DNA of 64,000 nt from Macrostomum lignano (GCA_002269645.1 NIVC01001147.1:138129-202128), one strand, 5' to 3'. Shown: positions 1 through 13,444, numbered from the stretch's first letter. Notes: generated from the letters alone by a model not told the origin. Numbers and translations are program-made.

Positions 1-792
1 CCGAATGTCACTCAAATTGTCACGCTCTTTCTCAGCACCCCTAATGTCACTCAAATTGTCACTCACTTTCTCGGCACTCCGAATGTCACTCCCATTGTCA
101 CTCACTTTCTCAGCACTCCGAATGTCACTCAAATTGTCACTCACTTTATCGGCACTCCGAATGTCACTCAAATTGTCACTCACTTTCTCAGCACTCCGAA
201 TGTCACTCAAATTGTCACTCACTTTCTCGGCACTCCGAATGTCACTCAAATTGTCACGCTCTTTCTCAGCACTCCGAATGTCACTCAAATTGTCACGCTC
301 TTTCTCAGCACCCCTAATGTCACTCAAATTGTCACTCACTTTCTCGGCACTCCGAATGTCACTCCCATTGTCACTCACTTTCTCAGCACTCCGAATGTCA
401 CTCAAATTGTCACTCACTTTATCGGCACTCCGAATGTCACTCAAATTGTCACTCACTTTCTCAGCACTCCGAATGTCACTCAAATTGTCACTCACTTTCT
501 CGGCACTCCGAATGTCACTCAAATTGTCACGCTCTTTCTCAGCACCCCGAATGTCACTCAAATTGTCACTCACTTTCTCAGCACTCCGAATGTCACTCAA
601 ATTGTCACTCACTTTCTCAGCACTCCGAATGTCACTTCCATTGTCAACCACTTTCTCGGCACTCCGAATGTCACTCCCATTGTCACGCTCTTTCTCAGCA
701 CTCCGAATGTCACTCAAATCGTCACGCTCTTTCTCAGCACCCCTAATGTCACTCAAATTGTCACTCACTTTCTCGGCACCCCTAATGTCACT
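1..792. repeat. 39-bp minisatellite (ccgaatgtcactcaaattgtcactcactttctcggcact), probably intronic in RIM
   Basis: About 20 tandem units visible; the 13-aa periodic ORF 5..871 reflects the unit length. Confidence 0.95.
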
Positions 793-951
793 ATCTTCAT
801 TCAAAAAATGTCACTCTCTTGACATTCAGAGCGTTTGTCTTTTTTTATGCGTAACTCTTCCGTCACTCTAAATATATCTAAGAACGCAATAAAACGCTTT
901 CCAAAGAATAAAAGTACATCCAAGCCACCGCGAATCTCAATTTCCTCCAAG

Positions 952-1689
952 GCCGCGCATTGCCAGCGACAGATTTCAGCGCAGCCGTCGGTCGCGCAGC
1001 GTCCTCGGGCCTGACCGCCGGCGCGCTCAGGCCGACTTCGCCGACAGCGGCCAGCGACGTCGGTTTCAGCTTTGGCGCCGGCAGCAGCGGCGGCGGCGGC
1101 GGCGGCGTAGTCGGCGCGCCGGGCAAGAAGCGCCAGCTGCCGCAGGTGCCCGGCGGCGGAGGCGGCGCGTCGCCTTTCGTCCGAATCGACAGCCCGGCGA
1201 CGGCAGCGGCGGCGGCAGCCTCAGAGCAGCTGGCTTACCAACAGCTTCATCGTCAGCAGCCTCCGCATCTGCAGCATCATCGCAGCAGCCTGGGCAGTCG
1301 GCACCCGGCGCCCCGGCTGATGCAGGAAGACGAGGCCGGAGCGATTAGCGACGTGTCGGAGAACTCGGACATCTCCGAGCTGTCCAAGAGGTCGGGGGTG
1401 TCCGGGTACAGCGACCGGCACGCCAGGAGAAGCTTGGCCGGCCTACCCGCAACTGGAGCGGCGGCGGCAGCAGCTGGACACGCCGGCGGCTCCGGCAGCG
1501 GACGATCGAGGAAAGCGTCGACTTCAGCTTTGGTCGGCGCCGACGGCAGCTCCGGCAGCGGAGGCGGCAACGGCAGCGGCGGCGCTGGCGGCTCGAGGAC
1601 GGAGAAAAACCGGCGGGCCAGCATGGGACAGAAGTTCAGCAGCTTCATTCCGGGTCTCAATCGGAAAAGCTCATCGGCCACGAACCTTG
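952..1689 (+). CDS. RIMS: RIM (Rab3-interacting molecule / unc-10) internal exon; gene 5' end lies upstream of the window
   Basis: Acceptor tttcctccaAG at 950-951; donor G|GTGAGC at 1690 (phase 1). Ser-rich ISDVSENSDISELS and RKSSSATNL resemble the RIM region before C2B. Phase fits the next exon. The acceptor is the less certain boundary. Confidence 0.75.
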
Positions 1690-1714
1690 GTGAGCTTGAT
1701 AGAAGCTGGTTGCC

Positions 1715-2350
1715 CCTGGGATGAGGTTGGTTCCCCTGAGATGAGGCTAGTTCCTTCCGAGATGAGGCTAGTTCCTTCTGAGATGAAGCTAGTTCCTTCC
1801 GAGATGAGGCTAGTTCCTTCTGAGATGAGGCTAGTTCCTTCTGAGATGAGGCTAGTTCCTTCTGAGATGAGGCTAGTTCCCCTGAGATGAGGCTAGTTCC
1901 CCTGAGATGAGGCTAGTTCCTTCTGAGATGAGGCTAGTTCCTTCTGAGATGAGGCTAGTTCCTTCTGAGATGAGGCTAGTTCCCCTGAGATGAGGCTAGT
2001 TCCCCTGAGATGAGGCTAGTTCCCCTGAGATGAGGCTAGTTCCCCTGAGATGAGGCTAGTTCCTTCTGAGATGAGGCTAGTTCCCCTGAGATGAAGCTAG
2101 TTCCCCTGAGATAAGGCTAGTTCCTTCTGAGATGAGGCTAGTTCCCCTGAGATGAGGCTAGTTCCCCTGAGATGAGGCTAGTTCCTTCTGAGATGAGGCT
2201 AGTTCCCCTGAGATGAGGCTAGTTCCTTCTGAGATGAAGCTAGTTCCTTCTGAGAGGAAGCTAGTTCCTTCTGAGATGAGGCTAGTTCCTTCTGAGATGA
2301 GGCTAGTTCCCCTGAGATGATGCTAGTTCCTCCTGAGATGATGCTAATTC
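1715..2350. repeat. 21-bp intronic minisatellite (gagatgaggctagttccttct)
   Basis: Tandem array beginning about 25 bp after the RIM donor at 1690. Confidence 0.95.
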
Positions 2351-3014
2351 CCCTTTAGATGATCGATTTAAAAAAATAATTTCCAGTCAGCAGCACCATG
2401 AGCTCCATGCTCATCGAAGCACTTCCATCTTTTCGTTTGCTCAGCCTAATCCCAGCACGCGGCCATGAGCAGAGCAGATTATTAGTAGTGATGGAGGTTT
2501 AAATAATCTATAATGAATTATTAATTCTATTCTGCCAATTCATGCTGGTAATATTCCCAGGACAAGATTAGTTCGAGTTAAAAGAATAAGTTCTTGTCTT
2601 AAAAACTGTTCTCAAGACGAATGTATATACGCTCTACCGGTAGATCGTTGCATCAATTTTTCTCTGCTTTAGCTAATCCACTGTTTCCAATATCAAATTT
2701 CAAAGTAGTCCTTTCTCCGTATTTATTATGCGAGAAATATGAGTCCCCGGATGTTGTATCCAGCGGGTCTTTCGAATCGCAAGCAGAACGGAACAGCAAG
2801 CAGCAGTCGAGATGGAGGGTGGAGGCAGCTGCTTCTTGGGCCACCTCCTAGTTCCCAATGCCCCTTACTTCCCTCTTCACCGAGTCACTCTCTTTCCCAG
2901 GACTCAGCATCCGCTGTTGGCATGGACGCCTTAAACTAGACGTCTGGATTGGAAACACAGCGCATTGACGACTAAAGACCTTTTTGTCTGCAGCTTTAGG
3001 CTTCTGATGATCTA

Positions 3015-3475
3015 GGTGATGATACCCTAGTGATCCTGGTGATGACACCCTAGTGATCCTGGTGATGATACCCTAGTGATCCTAGTGATGAAACCTTAGT
3101 GATCCTGGTGATGATACCCTAGTGATCCTGGTGATGACACCCTAGTGATCCTGGTGATGATATCCTAGTGATCCTGGTGATGACACCCTAGTGATCCTGG
3201 TGATGATACCCTAGTGATCCTGGTGATGACGCCCTAGTGATCCTGGTGATGACACCCTAGTGATCCTGATGATGACACCCTAGTGATCCTGGTGATGATA
3301 CCCTAATGATCCTGGTGATGACACCTTAGTGATCGTGGTGATGACACACTAGTGATCCCAGTGATGACACCCTAGTGATCCTAGTGATGATACCCTAGTG
3401 ATCCTGGTGATGATGCCCTATAGTGATCCTGGTGATGACACACTAGTGATCCCAGTGATGATACCCTCGTGATCG
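3015..3475. repeat. 23-bp intronic minisatellite (cctagtgatcctggtgatgacac)
   Basis: Tandem array seen directly. Confidence 0.93.
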
Positions 3476-3819
3476 TGGTGATGATGCCCTATAGTGATAA
3501 GCTCTGTACACTGAAGATAACTGCAGCTTGCTATCACAATTTTTTACCAATGCTCAGTCGCGCCCAACCGCCAGCCCAGATCACTCATCTAGTACTCCCT
3601 GACAGTAATCCCAAGCATATTGGGGAACAGTTTAACGATTATCTCCAGTCCGCCAGAGATAAGAAAACAGAGCTGAGAGAAGGAGCAGTGAGAATGAGGC
3701 TTGTGCTCGAATCTGCATATCTCCATGACGTACTTGGGGCTGGCAACTCTCGAATGAGTATATTTAACGGGCTGCATGGGCTAAAGCTATATTGTCTGAG
3801 TAGGGCTTGTGTGCACGAC

Positions 3820-3960
3820 AGAACTCCCAAGTCACAGAGTGTACATGCCTGACGGTTTAAAAAGTCAGGACCATTGTACACCCTGTGTGAGCGTGTGTCT
3901 GTGCGCTCAGGACTCAGCGGAATGGGCTGAATGACCCATGTAGATCGCGCTAGTTCCTGC
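3820..3960 (+). mobile_element. SINE-derived central-domain fragment, interrupted by the MITE at 3961
   Basis: cccaagtcacag..gtacatgcctgacg..tgtacaccctgtgtgagcg..gctcagg..ggaatgggc is similar to the SINE bodies at 21325-21525 and 44180-44560. Confidence 0.55.
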
Positions 3961-4658
3961 CAAGGACGACTTAAGTAGAAGGACGGGAAACCTCGTTTCT
4001 TAGAAAATTTTTGAAGGCACTTTTTTCCGAAAAAATACACTGCGGAGATAGGAAATTTTCATTTTTTCAGCACAAAAATTGCTATAACTTTTGATAGGAG
4101 GTAGATCCAGTGTTGATCTTTTGATATGTTGTGCCTTTTTTATTGCTCTATCGATATTTATAAAGCTTTTCGTTCAGAAAATTAGGATTCTATGTTAATT
4201 TTTTATTTTACGTATATTTCCTGTATCTAAAAATCACAAAAATGCATGACACAGCTCTAATATTTGGTTTTATGAATCTATTTTATCATCTATGTTACGA
4301 CTATTTGCTATACAGTCAGGTAAGAAGGATAAAATAGACTCATAAAATCAAAGAGCCAAGCCGTGGCATTCTAATGTATTTCAAGCACAAGACACATGAA
4401 AATATACGTAGAATAAAAAATTAACACAGAATCCTAATTTTCTGAACGGAAAGCTTTATAAATATCGATAGAGCAATAAAAAAGGCACAACATATCAAAA
4501 GATCAACACTGGATCTACCTCCTATCAAAAGTTATAGCAATTTTTGTGCTGAAAAAATGAAAATTTCCTATCTCCGCAGTGTATTTTTTCGGGAAAAAGT
4601 GCCTTCAAAAATTTTCTAAGAAACGAGGTTTCCCGTCCTTCTACTTAAGTCGTCCTTG
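3961..4658. mobile_element. Non-autonomous foldback DNA transposon (MITE), hAT-like
   Basis: Inverted arms of about 265 bp (3961-~4228 and ~4391-4658) with CAAGG...CCTTG termini; 8-bp direct repeat GTTCCTGC at 3953-3960 and 4659-4666 (TSD). YARNG termini plus an 8-bp TSD are hAT hallmarks. Confidence 0.85.
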
Positions 4659-5389
4659 GTTCCTGCTTGTACCAAGGACCACTAGCAGTATATCGGCTAA
4701 TGGTCCTTGGCTTGTACCTGCTCCCCCTTTGTGCGCTTGGGCTCCCCTCCCCCGAGTTTTGCTAAATAATGTCCACATTAGCTATGCGCATCTAATAATA
4801 ATGTTTGATTTACTATTGCACATATGGCACACAGAATAATAGCATGTTTTCTATGCCGGCTAAAATTGCAGATTATTGAGGGCAAGAGCTGGGCGGGATA
4901 GCAGCTTGCTCGGATGTCGAGGATTTGCGATGCGGGAAGGGGATATGAAAGCGTGGGCGTGTGTTACGCGACAAATAGAAGGGAAGGATAGATCACACTC
5001 TTCTCTCCTCTTGCTCCCCAGATTCCTCTGCGACATCAGAGAGCTGTCCTCAAGAGTCCCAAATAACACAACCCGGCTTCCGTCAGATCCGTCGGTCGCG
5101 CGTCCACTCCTAACACCTTTTTTCTAACCCCCTGCCTGTCTCTTGATTCTTACCGCTGAAGCAGAGGAGTTGCAGTCTGGCGTATTTACTGATCGATTAT
5201 AGATAGATTGTGGCGCATCTCTGACTGGTAACTCGTCAGATGTACTTTAGTAGCTTAGCTGGCCGCGGCAGACAGCTGTCTAAATCGACAACTTACCTGG
5301 TTGACTTTACAAGAAACTTTTAAAAGTATTCTAACTTAAGAATTCTAAATATAAAATTCCAACAATAAAACAAAATAAGAACTAAATTA

Positions 5390-5965
5390 TTGATAAAAAT
5401 CGCCCCTAAACACCACAAAACTCAGCAAATTCTTGATAAAAATCGCCCCTAAACACCCCACAAAACTCAGCAAATTCTTGATAAAAATCGGCCCTAAACA
5501 CCACAAAACTCAGCAAATTCTTGAAAAAAATCGCCCCTAAACACCCCACAAAACTCAGCAAATTCTTGATAAAAATCGCCCCTAAAAACCCCACAAAACT
5601 CAGCAAATTCTTGAAAAAAATCGCCCCTAAACACCCCACAAAACTCAGCAAATTCTTGAAAAAATCGCCCCTAAACACCACAAAACTCAGCAAATTCTTG
5701 AAAAAAATCGCCCCTAAACACCACAAAACTCAGCAAATTCTTGAAAAAAATCGCCCCTAAACACCACAAAACCCAGCAAATTCTTGATAAAAATCGCCCC
5801 TAAACACCCCACAAAACCCAGCAAATTCTTGAAAAAAATCGCCCCTAAACACCCCACAAAACCCAGCAAATTATTGATAAAAATCGCCCCTAAACACCCC
5901 ACAAAACCCAGCAAATTCTTGATAAAAATCGCCCCTAAACACCCCACAAAACTCAGCAAGTTCTT
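5390..5965. repeat. ~45-bp intronic minisatellite (ttcttgataaaaatcgcccctaaacaccccacaaaactcagcaaa)
   Basis: Tandem array ending about 100 bp before the acceptor at 6065. Confidence 0.93.
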
Positions 5966-6065
5966 TATAAATCGCCACTAATCGATTGTAAAAATCCGAA
6001 AACCACGTACGCATCATCACTTACCGGAAATCAAAAATTAAAAAATCGTTCATTCCTGTTGCTAG

Positions 6066-6366
6066 AGAAGAAGAACAAAGGCACATTTCAACGCTCTGAG
6101 GAGGTGCTGCCGCCTAGCATGACCGCAGCGGCCTACTCAAGAGATCCCATGAGCTCTAACCGACCTGGCGGTGGTCACCGAACTCAGCCGCAACAGCAAC
6201 AGCAGCAGCCGCAGCAACAGCAGCAATTGTTGCAGCAACAGCAGATGATGCTGCAACAACAGCAGATGATGCTGCAGCAACAGCAACTGCAGTTCCAGCA
6301 GCAACCACAGCAGTTCAGCACCCAAGAGTCTAGCGATGGCAGCCTGCCGAGTTTCGATCCGACAGT
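6066..6366 (+). CDS. RIMS: RIM internal exon (poly-Q insertion)
   Basis: AG at 6064-6065 (phase 1), donor GTAAGA at 6367 (phase 2). TFQRSEEV and QESSDGSL resemble RIM motifs (QRSTET, RESTDGS). Confidence 0.85.
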
Positions 6367-6464
6367 GTAAGACTTTTATGTTTTCATCGTGGGTTTTTTA
6401 TCGCAATTGCGTTTTGGTTTTAGTCGGCAACTTCTGGCAGGCAGTAGACCCGCAGCAGCAGCCT

Positions 6465-7110
6465 TCCAGAGTCTCTTTGAGTCGCCTTTCGGAGTCTCCT
6501 TGAGTCACCTTCCAAAGTCTCTTTAAGTCTGCACCTTCCAGAGTCTCTTTGAGTCACCTTCCAGAGTCTCTTTGACTCACTTTCCAGAGTCTCTTTAAGG
6601 CACCTTTCAGAGTCTCTTTGACTCACCTTCCAGAGTCTCTTTAAGGCACCTTTCAGAGTCTCTTTGACTCACCTTCCAGAGTCTCTTTAAGGCACCTTCC
6701 AGAGTCTCTTTAAGTCGCCTTCCACAATCTCTTTGAGTCACCTTCCAGAGTCTCTTTGAGTCACCTTCCAGAGTCTCTTTGAGTCACCTTCCATTGTCTC
6801 TTTGAGTCACCTTCCAGAGTCTCTTTAAGTCGCCTTCCAGAGTCTCTTTGACTCACCTTCCAGAGTCTCTTTAAGGCACCTTCCAGAGTCTCTTTTAGTC
6901 GCCTTCCACAAACTCTTTGAGTCACCTTCCATTGTCTCTTTGAGTCACCTTCCAGAGTCTCTTAAAGTCGCTTTCCAGAGTCTCTTTGAGTCACCTTCCA
7001 GAGTCTCTTTGAGTCGCCTTCCAGAGTCTCTTTAAGTCACCTTCCAGTCTCTTTAAGTCACCTTCCAGTCTCTTTAAGTCACCTTCCAGTCTCTTTAAGT
7101 CACCTTCAAG
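6465..7110. repeat. 23-bp intronic minisatellite (tctttgagtcaccttccagagtc)
   Basis: Fills most of intron 6367-7190. Confidence 0.93.
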
Positions 7111-7190
7111 TCACCTGCGTATTAAGGTGAATCGAGTTTTAATCAACCGTTACAAACGACACTAACTCAACCAACACTGCTCACTCTCAG

Positions 7191-7530
7191 GCTCAGCGCT
7201 GCTCCCGAAGGCCAGCTAACGGAATTCGTGGAAGGCCTGGGCCCCGGCCAACTAGTTGGCAGGCAGGTGCTTGGCACGCCCTGCCTCGGCGAGATCCAAC
7301 TGGGCCTGTTCAACAGGAAGGGCCGCCTCGAGGTTGAGGTCATCCGGGCCAGGGGACTGTACGCTAAGAAGGGCGCAAAGATGCTGCCGGCTCCGTATGT
7401 TAAAGTCTACCTGCTCGAAGCTAAGAATTGCGTTGAGAAACAGAAAACTTCCGTGACTAGGCGGACTCTCGACCCTCTGTACCAGCAGCAGCTCATCTTT
7501 ATGGAGGATTTCAGAGGAAAGATACTGCAG
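7191..7530 (+). CDS. RIMS: RIM exon, N-terminal part of C2B domain
   Basis: Acceptor ctctcAG at 7189-7190, donor CAG|GTGAGA at 7531. EFVEGLGPGQLVGRQ...GEIQLGL...LEVEVIRARGL...PAPYVKVYLLE...RRTLDPLYQQQL is the diagnostic RIM C2B sequence. Confidence 0.95.
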
Positions 7531-7574
7531 GTGAGAGACTGTCTATATCGAGACTAACTCATTATTGTACGACT

Positions 7575-8445
7575 CATCCTCAGCTTGGGACTCACTGACT
7601 GATCCCTATGATCCTCAATCAGCTTGGGACTCACTGACTGATCCCTGTGATCCTCAATCAGATTGGGACTCACTGACTGATCCCTGTGATCCTCAATCAG
7701 ATTGGGACTCACTGACTGATCCCTGTGATCCTCAATCAGATTGGGACTCACTGACTGATCCCTGTGATCCTCAATCAGATTGGGACTCACTGACAGATCC
7801 CTGTGATCCTCAACCAGATTGGGACTCACTGACTGATCCCTGTGATCCTCAATAAGATTGGGACTCACTGACTGATCCCTGTGATCCTCAATCAGATTGT
7901 GACTCACTGACGGATCCCTACGATCCTCAACCAGATTGGGACTACTGACGGATCCCTGTGATCCTCAACTAGATTGGGACTACTGACGAATCCCTGTGAT
8001 CGTCAACCAGATTGGGACTCACTGACTGATTCTCAACCAGATTGGGACTCACTGACTGATCCCTGTGATCCTCAATCAGATTGGGACTCACTGACTGATC
8101 CCTGTGATCCTCAATAAGATTGGGACTCACTGACTGATCCCTGTGATCCTCAATCAGATTGTGACTCACTGACGGATCCCTACGATCCTCAACCAGATTG
8201 GGACTACTGACGGATCCCTGTGATCCTCAACTAGATTGGGACTACTGACGAATCCCTGTGATCGTCAACCAGATTGGGACTCACTGACTGATTCTCAACC
8301 AGATTGGGACTCACTGACTGATCCTCAATCAGATTGGGACTCACTGACAGATCCCTGTGATCCTCAACCAGATTGGGACTCACTGACTGATCCCTGTGAT
8401 CCTCAACCAGATTGGGACTCACTGACTGATCCCTATGATCCTCGT
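7575..8445. repeat. 39-bp intronic minisatellite (ctcaatcagattgggactcactgactgatccctgtgatc)
   Basis: Fills intron 7531-8471 almost up to the acceptor. Confidence 0.95.
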
Positions 8446-8471
8446 CTGATCCTGCTTTTGCAATCGCGCAG

Positions 8472-8708
8472 GTCACAGTGTGGGGTGACTACGGTCGAAT
8501 GGATCGGAAAGCCTTCATGGGCGTCTGTCAGGTGATGCTGGACGACCTAGATTTAGTCAACATAGTGATCGGCTGGTACAAACTCTACCCGACCTCCTCG
8601 CTGGTGCACCATCATCACAGGCGTTCCTCTTCTTCATCGATTGATGCAGCATCCACTGCCGCAGCTGCCGCAGCCTCCGGCTCCGCAGCTGGCGGTGGTC
8701 TAAGGTAG
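8472..8708 (+). CDS. RIMS: RIM terminal exon (end of C2B)
   Basis: AG at 8470-8471, phase 0. VTVWGDYGRMDRKAFMG...VIGWYKLYPTSSL matches the RIM C2B end. Stop TAG at 8706-8708. Confidence 0.95.
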   Translation, partial: VTVWGDYGRMDRKAFMGVCQVMLDDLDLVNIVIGWYKLYPTSSLVHHHHRRSSSSSIDAASTAAAAAASGSAAGGGLR

Positions 8709-9269
8709 TAACTACCGACAAGTTTATTATTAGTAATTCAAGCCTTCATCAACCATTATAGCAATTGATTGTTTATCTACTATTATAGTCTATGCATGCT
8801 ACTCACAAGCCGATGTAATTTCAGTAGTACTAACGAATATTTAAACTAGTGTATATTTTGTGACCATGAGAAATGATTGATTCAAATATTTTTGTCTGCA
8901 GAAAAATAATAGAATCTCTTTGAGCTCCTGAGTTGCCGAACTTGGCGGGACCCCCAGTATTTTCTATTCTAGTTGAGCATTGCACTGTCAGTAGCCCAGT
9001 ACTGATATTTTTTATATTTTCCACCAATTACTGGAGACCTCATCACCGAAACTAAATTTTCTCTAGGACTTAAGCATCCGAGAGCGAACTCAGCTTTTTC
9101 TCTTTGTTTGCTTAATTCGCTCGGTTTATAATAATTCGACTTGGTGCTAATGGAAAGAGTGCACGAGTGTTGAACTGAAGTTCAATATTTATAATGAGTT
9201 GAGCCCTTATGAGTTCGGACTGACAAAGTTTATGTTGAGTTCATGAGTGAGTTAATGAGTGATTTTATG

Positions 9270-9535
9270 AGTGAGTCATGAGTAAGTCATGAGTGAGTTC
9301 TAGAGTGATTTTATGAGTGAGTCATGAGTGAGTCATAAATGAGTTCATGACTGAGTCATAAATGAGTTCATGACTGAGTCATGATTTAGTTCATGAGTGA
9401 GTTCATGAGTGAGTTGTGAGTTAGTTCATGAGTGAGTCAAAATTGAGTTCATGAGTTATGAGTGAGTCATGAGTGAGTCATATGTGAGTTCATGAGTGCG
9501 TTATGAGTGAGTACATAAGTGAGTTCATGAATGAA
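9270..9535. repeat. Degenerate ~12-bp repeat (gagtgagttcat)
   Basis: Tandem degenerate units seen directly. Confidence 0.8.
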
Positions 9536-10194
9536 CAGGATGCTGTATCCAATATACTACATGTATCGAAGAAGTTAATTTTATAAGCAGTTATAGTGTT
9601 TAATTTTATGTTTCCTCATTCCGAAATAAAATAATTGACAAACTGGGACTTACTCATTACTTTGCTCCAGTTGAAAATAACAAAATTGACACATTTTTTC
9701 GCAGTTTCCTATTTTCCTACGATTTTTTTGCGCTAAATTCAAATTTCTATGCTGGACCCTCGATTGTAGCCTGGAACTGAAGGCTTGCTCGAATAAGCTG
9801 TTCACACCTTATATACCCTGACAGTTAATGAAGATTACTTACTAATGTATTTTTTCATTCTTTTTTCTCATTAAATAAATTTGTTATTTCACAGTTGAAA
9901 TTTCTTTTAACGCGCCGGATGCGGATTTAAACGCGTTTTAATAAAATTCATTAATCATTTCTGAATCATTAATCGTTCTTATATAGAAACGAGGCCAACT
10001 CCTCCGTTGGCGGAGTGAGGGGATAGAACTCCCATCGCCAGAATTTCATTCCCCGAAACCATCAGCTGAATCCAATGACACGAATCCCATCGTCCAAATC
10101 CTCTCCAAATCCTATATTAACCTCCCAAAAACCATGTTGTTTTACCTGTGTGCAAAAATTGACTGCCTGCCATCGTCCAGACTGAGACTCTCGT

Positions 10195-11770
10195 CTGTCT
10201 CCTCTCTCCTCTTTGCTCTCTCATCTCTAATCTCTCCTATGTCCTCTCTGCTCTCTCATCTCTAATCTCTCCTATCTCCTCTCTGCTCTCATCTCCTCGC
10301 TTATCTATCATTTCTCATGTCTACTCTCTTATCTCTCCTCACTACTTTCTCCTCTCAACTTTTTCCTCTCTCCTCTTTTATCTCTTCTCTCTCCTCTCCT
10401 TTATCTCCTCTCTGCTCTCTCATCTCTCTACTTTCTCCCCTCTCCTCTCTCCCTTATCCTCTTGCTTCTCTCCCCTCTCTCTCCCCTCATCTCTACTAAT
10501 TTATCTCTTCTCTCTCGTCTTTTGGCTCTACTCCCTCTGTCTCCTCTTTCTCCTCTCTTACCCCTCTCCTCTCTCCTCTCAATTCCTTCATCTCTTCTCT
10601 CGCCTTTATTCTCTTTTTTCTTTTCTCTAATCTGTCCCTTTTAATTCTCTCTTTTCATGTTCTCTTTCATCTAATCTTTTATCTACTCTAGCCTTTTCTC
10701 TTTTCTCTATTCCCTTTCAATTTAACCATTTCATCCTCTCCATGAAACAGCTATCATCAAAATCCTCTCCGTTAAACTGCAATCTAGCTTGTATCATCCT
10801 CCTTCAAGCTACAATCCATCGATTTAAAAAAATACTATCTCTATCAAATTTCAGTCAATCAAGACTATGAAACTGAAGTCTATAAAAATATGATTTTTAC
10901 TTGTCTGGGTATACGTCAAAAAATCTTCCAAATCTTCCAAATCCTCCATAAAACCTCTGAAATATCATAGCATGTTTTCCCTGTTTACAAAAATTGACTG
11001 CCATCGTCCAGACTGAGACTCTCTCCTGTCGCCTCTCTCCTCTTTGCTCCTTTATCTAATCTCTTCTTTCTGCTTCCTGCTCTCCATCTCCTCTCTCATC
11101 TCTACTCTTACTTTCTTATCAATCACCTCCCATCTCTCATCTCTCCCCTCTATTTTCTCATCTCTATTCTCTCATCTTTCCCCTTTTGCTCTCTCATTTG
11201 TTTTTTCATCTCTCTCTTCTCTCCCTTCTCTTCTCGCTTCGCTCTCTCCCCTCTTCTCTCTATCTCTTCTCTCCTGTCTTCTCTCAATTCTCTCTATCTC
11301 TCCTCTTCTCTCTCATCTCTCATCTCTACTCGCTTATCTATCGCCTCTCCTCTACCCTGTCCTCTCTCTCTCCTCTTTTTTCTCTCTCGTCTCTCCTCTC
11401 TGCTCTCAATTCTCATACTCCTATTTTCTCTCTTACCCTCTCCCTCTTCATCTCTCATCTTTCCCCTCTTCTCTCTACCGTCTCCTGTCTCATCTCTCCT
11501 CTCTCTTCTCTCTCCTCTGTACTATCTTATCCCTCCTCTCTCCTCCCATCTTTCCTCCCTCCTTTGCTCTCTCATTTTCCTCTCTCCCCTCCTTTCTTCC
11601 CTCTACTTTCTCTTCTCTTCGCTCTCCCTCTTCATCATTCCCGCCTCACTCCCCTCTTCTCTCCCCTCTGGCTCTGTCGTCTTTAATCTCTTATCTCTCA
11701 TATCTACTGTCTTTCTATCATCTTTCTATCCTCTCTTCTCCTTGAAATCTCTCTTCTCTTTACTCTCTTA
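10195..11770. repeat. Two CT-rich polypyrimidine low-complexity blocks (~10195-10700 and ~11030-11770)
   Basis: Near-pure C/T on the + strand; each block is preceded by aaaattgactgcc..atcgtccagactgagactctc. Confidence 0.85.
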
Positions 11771-13444
11771 TCTGACGGACTGAAAGCGCCGATAATCAAA
11801 CCAATTGAAATTTGTTACCCGCCTCCTCCATTACTGAATTTACTCAAATGATAGCTGGCCTGAATTTGTGTACTCAACCCCCCCCCCCAACTACAATCTT
11901 GGCAGAAATTTTAAAAGTATGGAATCGTTTTTTCAATGCTGTGCTTTTTGTTTTCATATTTAAAGCAAATAACTTATATCCCCGAATTCAGCGTTGCAAG
12001 ATCCTTCCAGCAATATAAGTCTCTCCTCTCAAAGTTAAAAAAAAGGAACAGTTAACGTCTGAACTTCCCGGTTCAAAGCATTAAGTATCGAGTGTACATT
12101 CACCTGCCTGCTGTTTATTCATTGAATTTCACTGCCCAGCTAATATACAGACAGGCTGCCTTTTGAAAGGCGCCGATAGTAAAACCAATTGAATCTCGAC
12201 ACAGTCCTATCTATCTGTTTACAATGTACATTGCTATGTACACTCAGCCCAAACCAACCCTCCGTTCTGGAGGGAAGCATTAAATTTAACTGAACCCCCC
12301 AACACGCGGGGGTTTTATTAGCATTGAACCCAGAACACGCATCAACCACCCCTCCAATACACAGCGACCTGCGGGGGGAGGTTGGGGTGGTTGTTTTTAC
12401 AATAATGCCACTGGAGAGGCAAAGTGGCCAAAGAAGGTTAAGAAAACAGCTTTTTGCTTTTTTAACGGACTTGACTTTTAATTTTTCAACATTAAAATAG
12501 CCTATTTGTTGCGTAGGAAAATTCTGAATTGATATATGTAAGTCCCGCATTTGAGTTGCCAGCCGTCTAGGAGGAGATACGCGTTAAACCCGGCCGGTCG
12601 ATCGACCCACTCAGCTTTAGATATAAGATAATTCTTAATTAGAAAATAAATACACTGCGGAGATAGTAAAACATCATTTCTTTCTTCACAAAATCAATGA
12701 TTGTGTAAGAATTTAATGTAAATTAAGGAAAGGAAAAGAGCTAGGCGATGATTCTTATTTTATTTGGTTAAAAGACAGCGGAGTAAGAAGTAAGGAGAAG
12801 TAAAGAATTATTCGCGGTTGGCACCGTTTATTTATAGCCATCGCCGGAAACTTCTAGAACATTCTAAGCATTATAACAAAACAAGTATTAATTATTGATT
12901 CCTATTAGATTTGAATTAATTTTAGTACTGCCTTACTGTAATAAATTGTACATTGAATATTTATAAATGCGAGTATTTTAATTAGTTACTGTAAGAGAAC
13001 TTTCTAGAATTTAATTTGTCCTCTAGGGGGAAATTTCTAGAAATAAATATTTAATTTAGCATGCACAACACGTTTGTCTGATGTATTTTATATAGTTATG
13101 TAGTTTCATTTTCCTTATCGTGTTGTTTTTTATTTCATAAGTCCAAGCCAAAGTTGGAAATACTCACAAGTGAAATTTTCGTTTTTTGGTTGAATTGTGT
13201 ATATATATTTTTTTCCAGGAAATTGGCCTCCTAAAAAATTACGCGATCTTAGAGTCTTACGTCCTGTTATACAATTCTGATGTATCAACAGGATAAAATA
13301 TATCATAGCATAAAATTCAACTGGCAAATTCTTGATAGAACAATTGCGAAAGCTATTTAAATGCAGTGAAGTTTAGTGGGCTGTTATCAAGAAATTAAGT
13401 TTTGGATCGAACTGCACAGCAGACTAGCAATCCATTTCCCTCGA

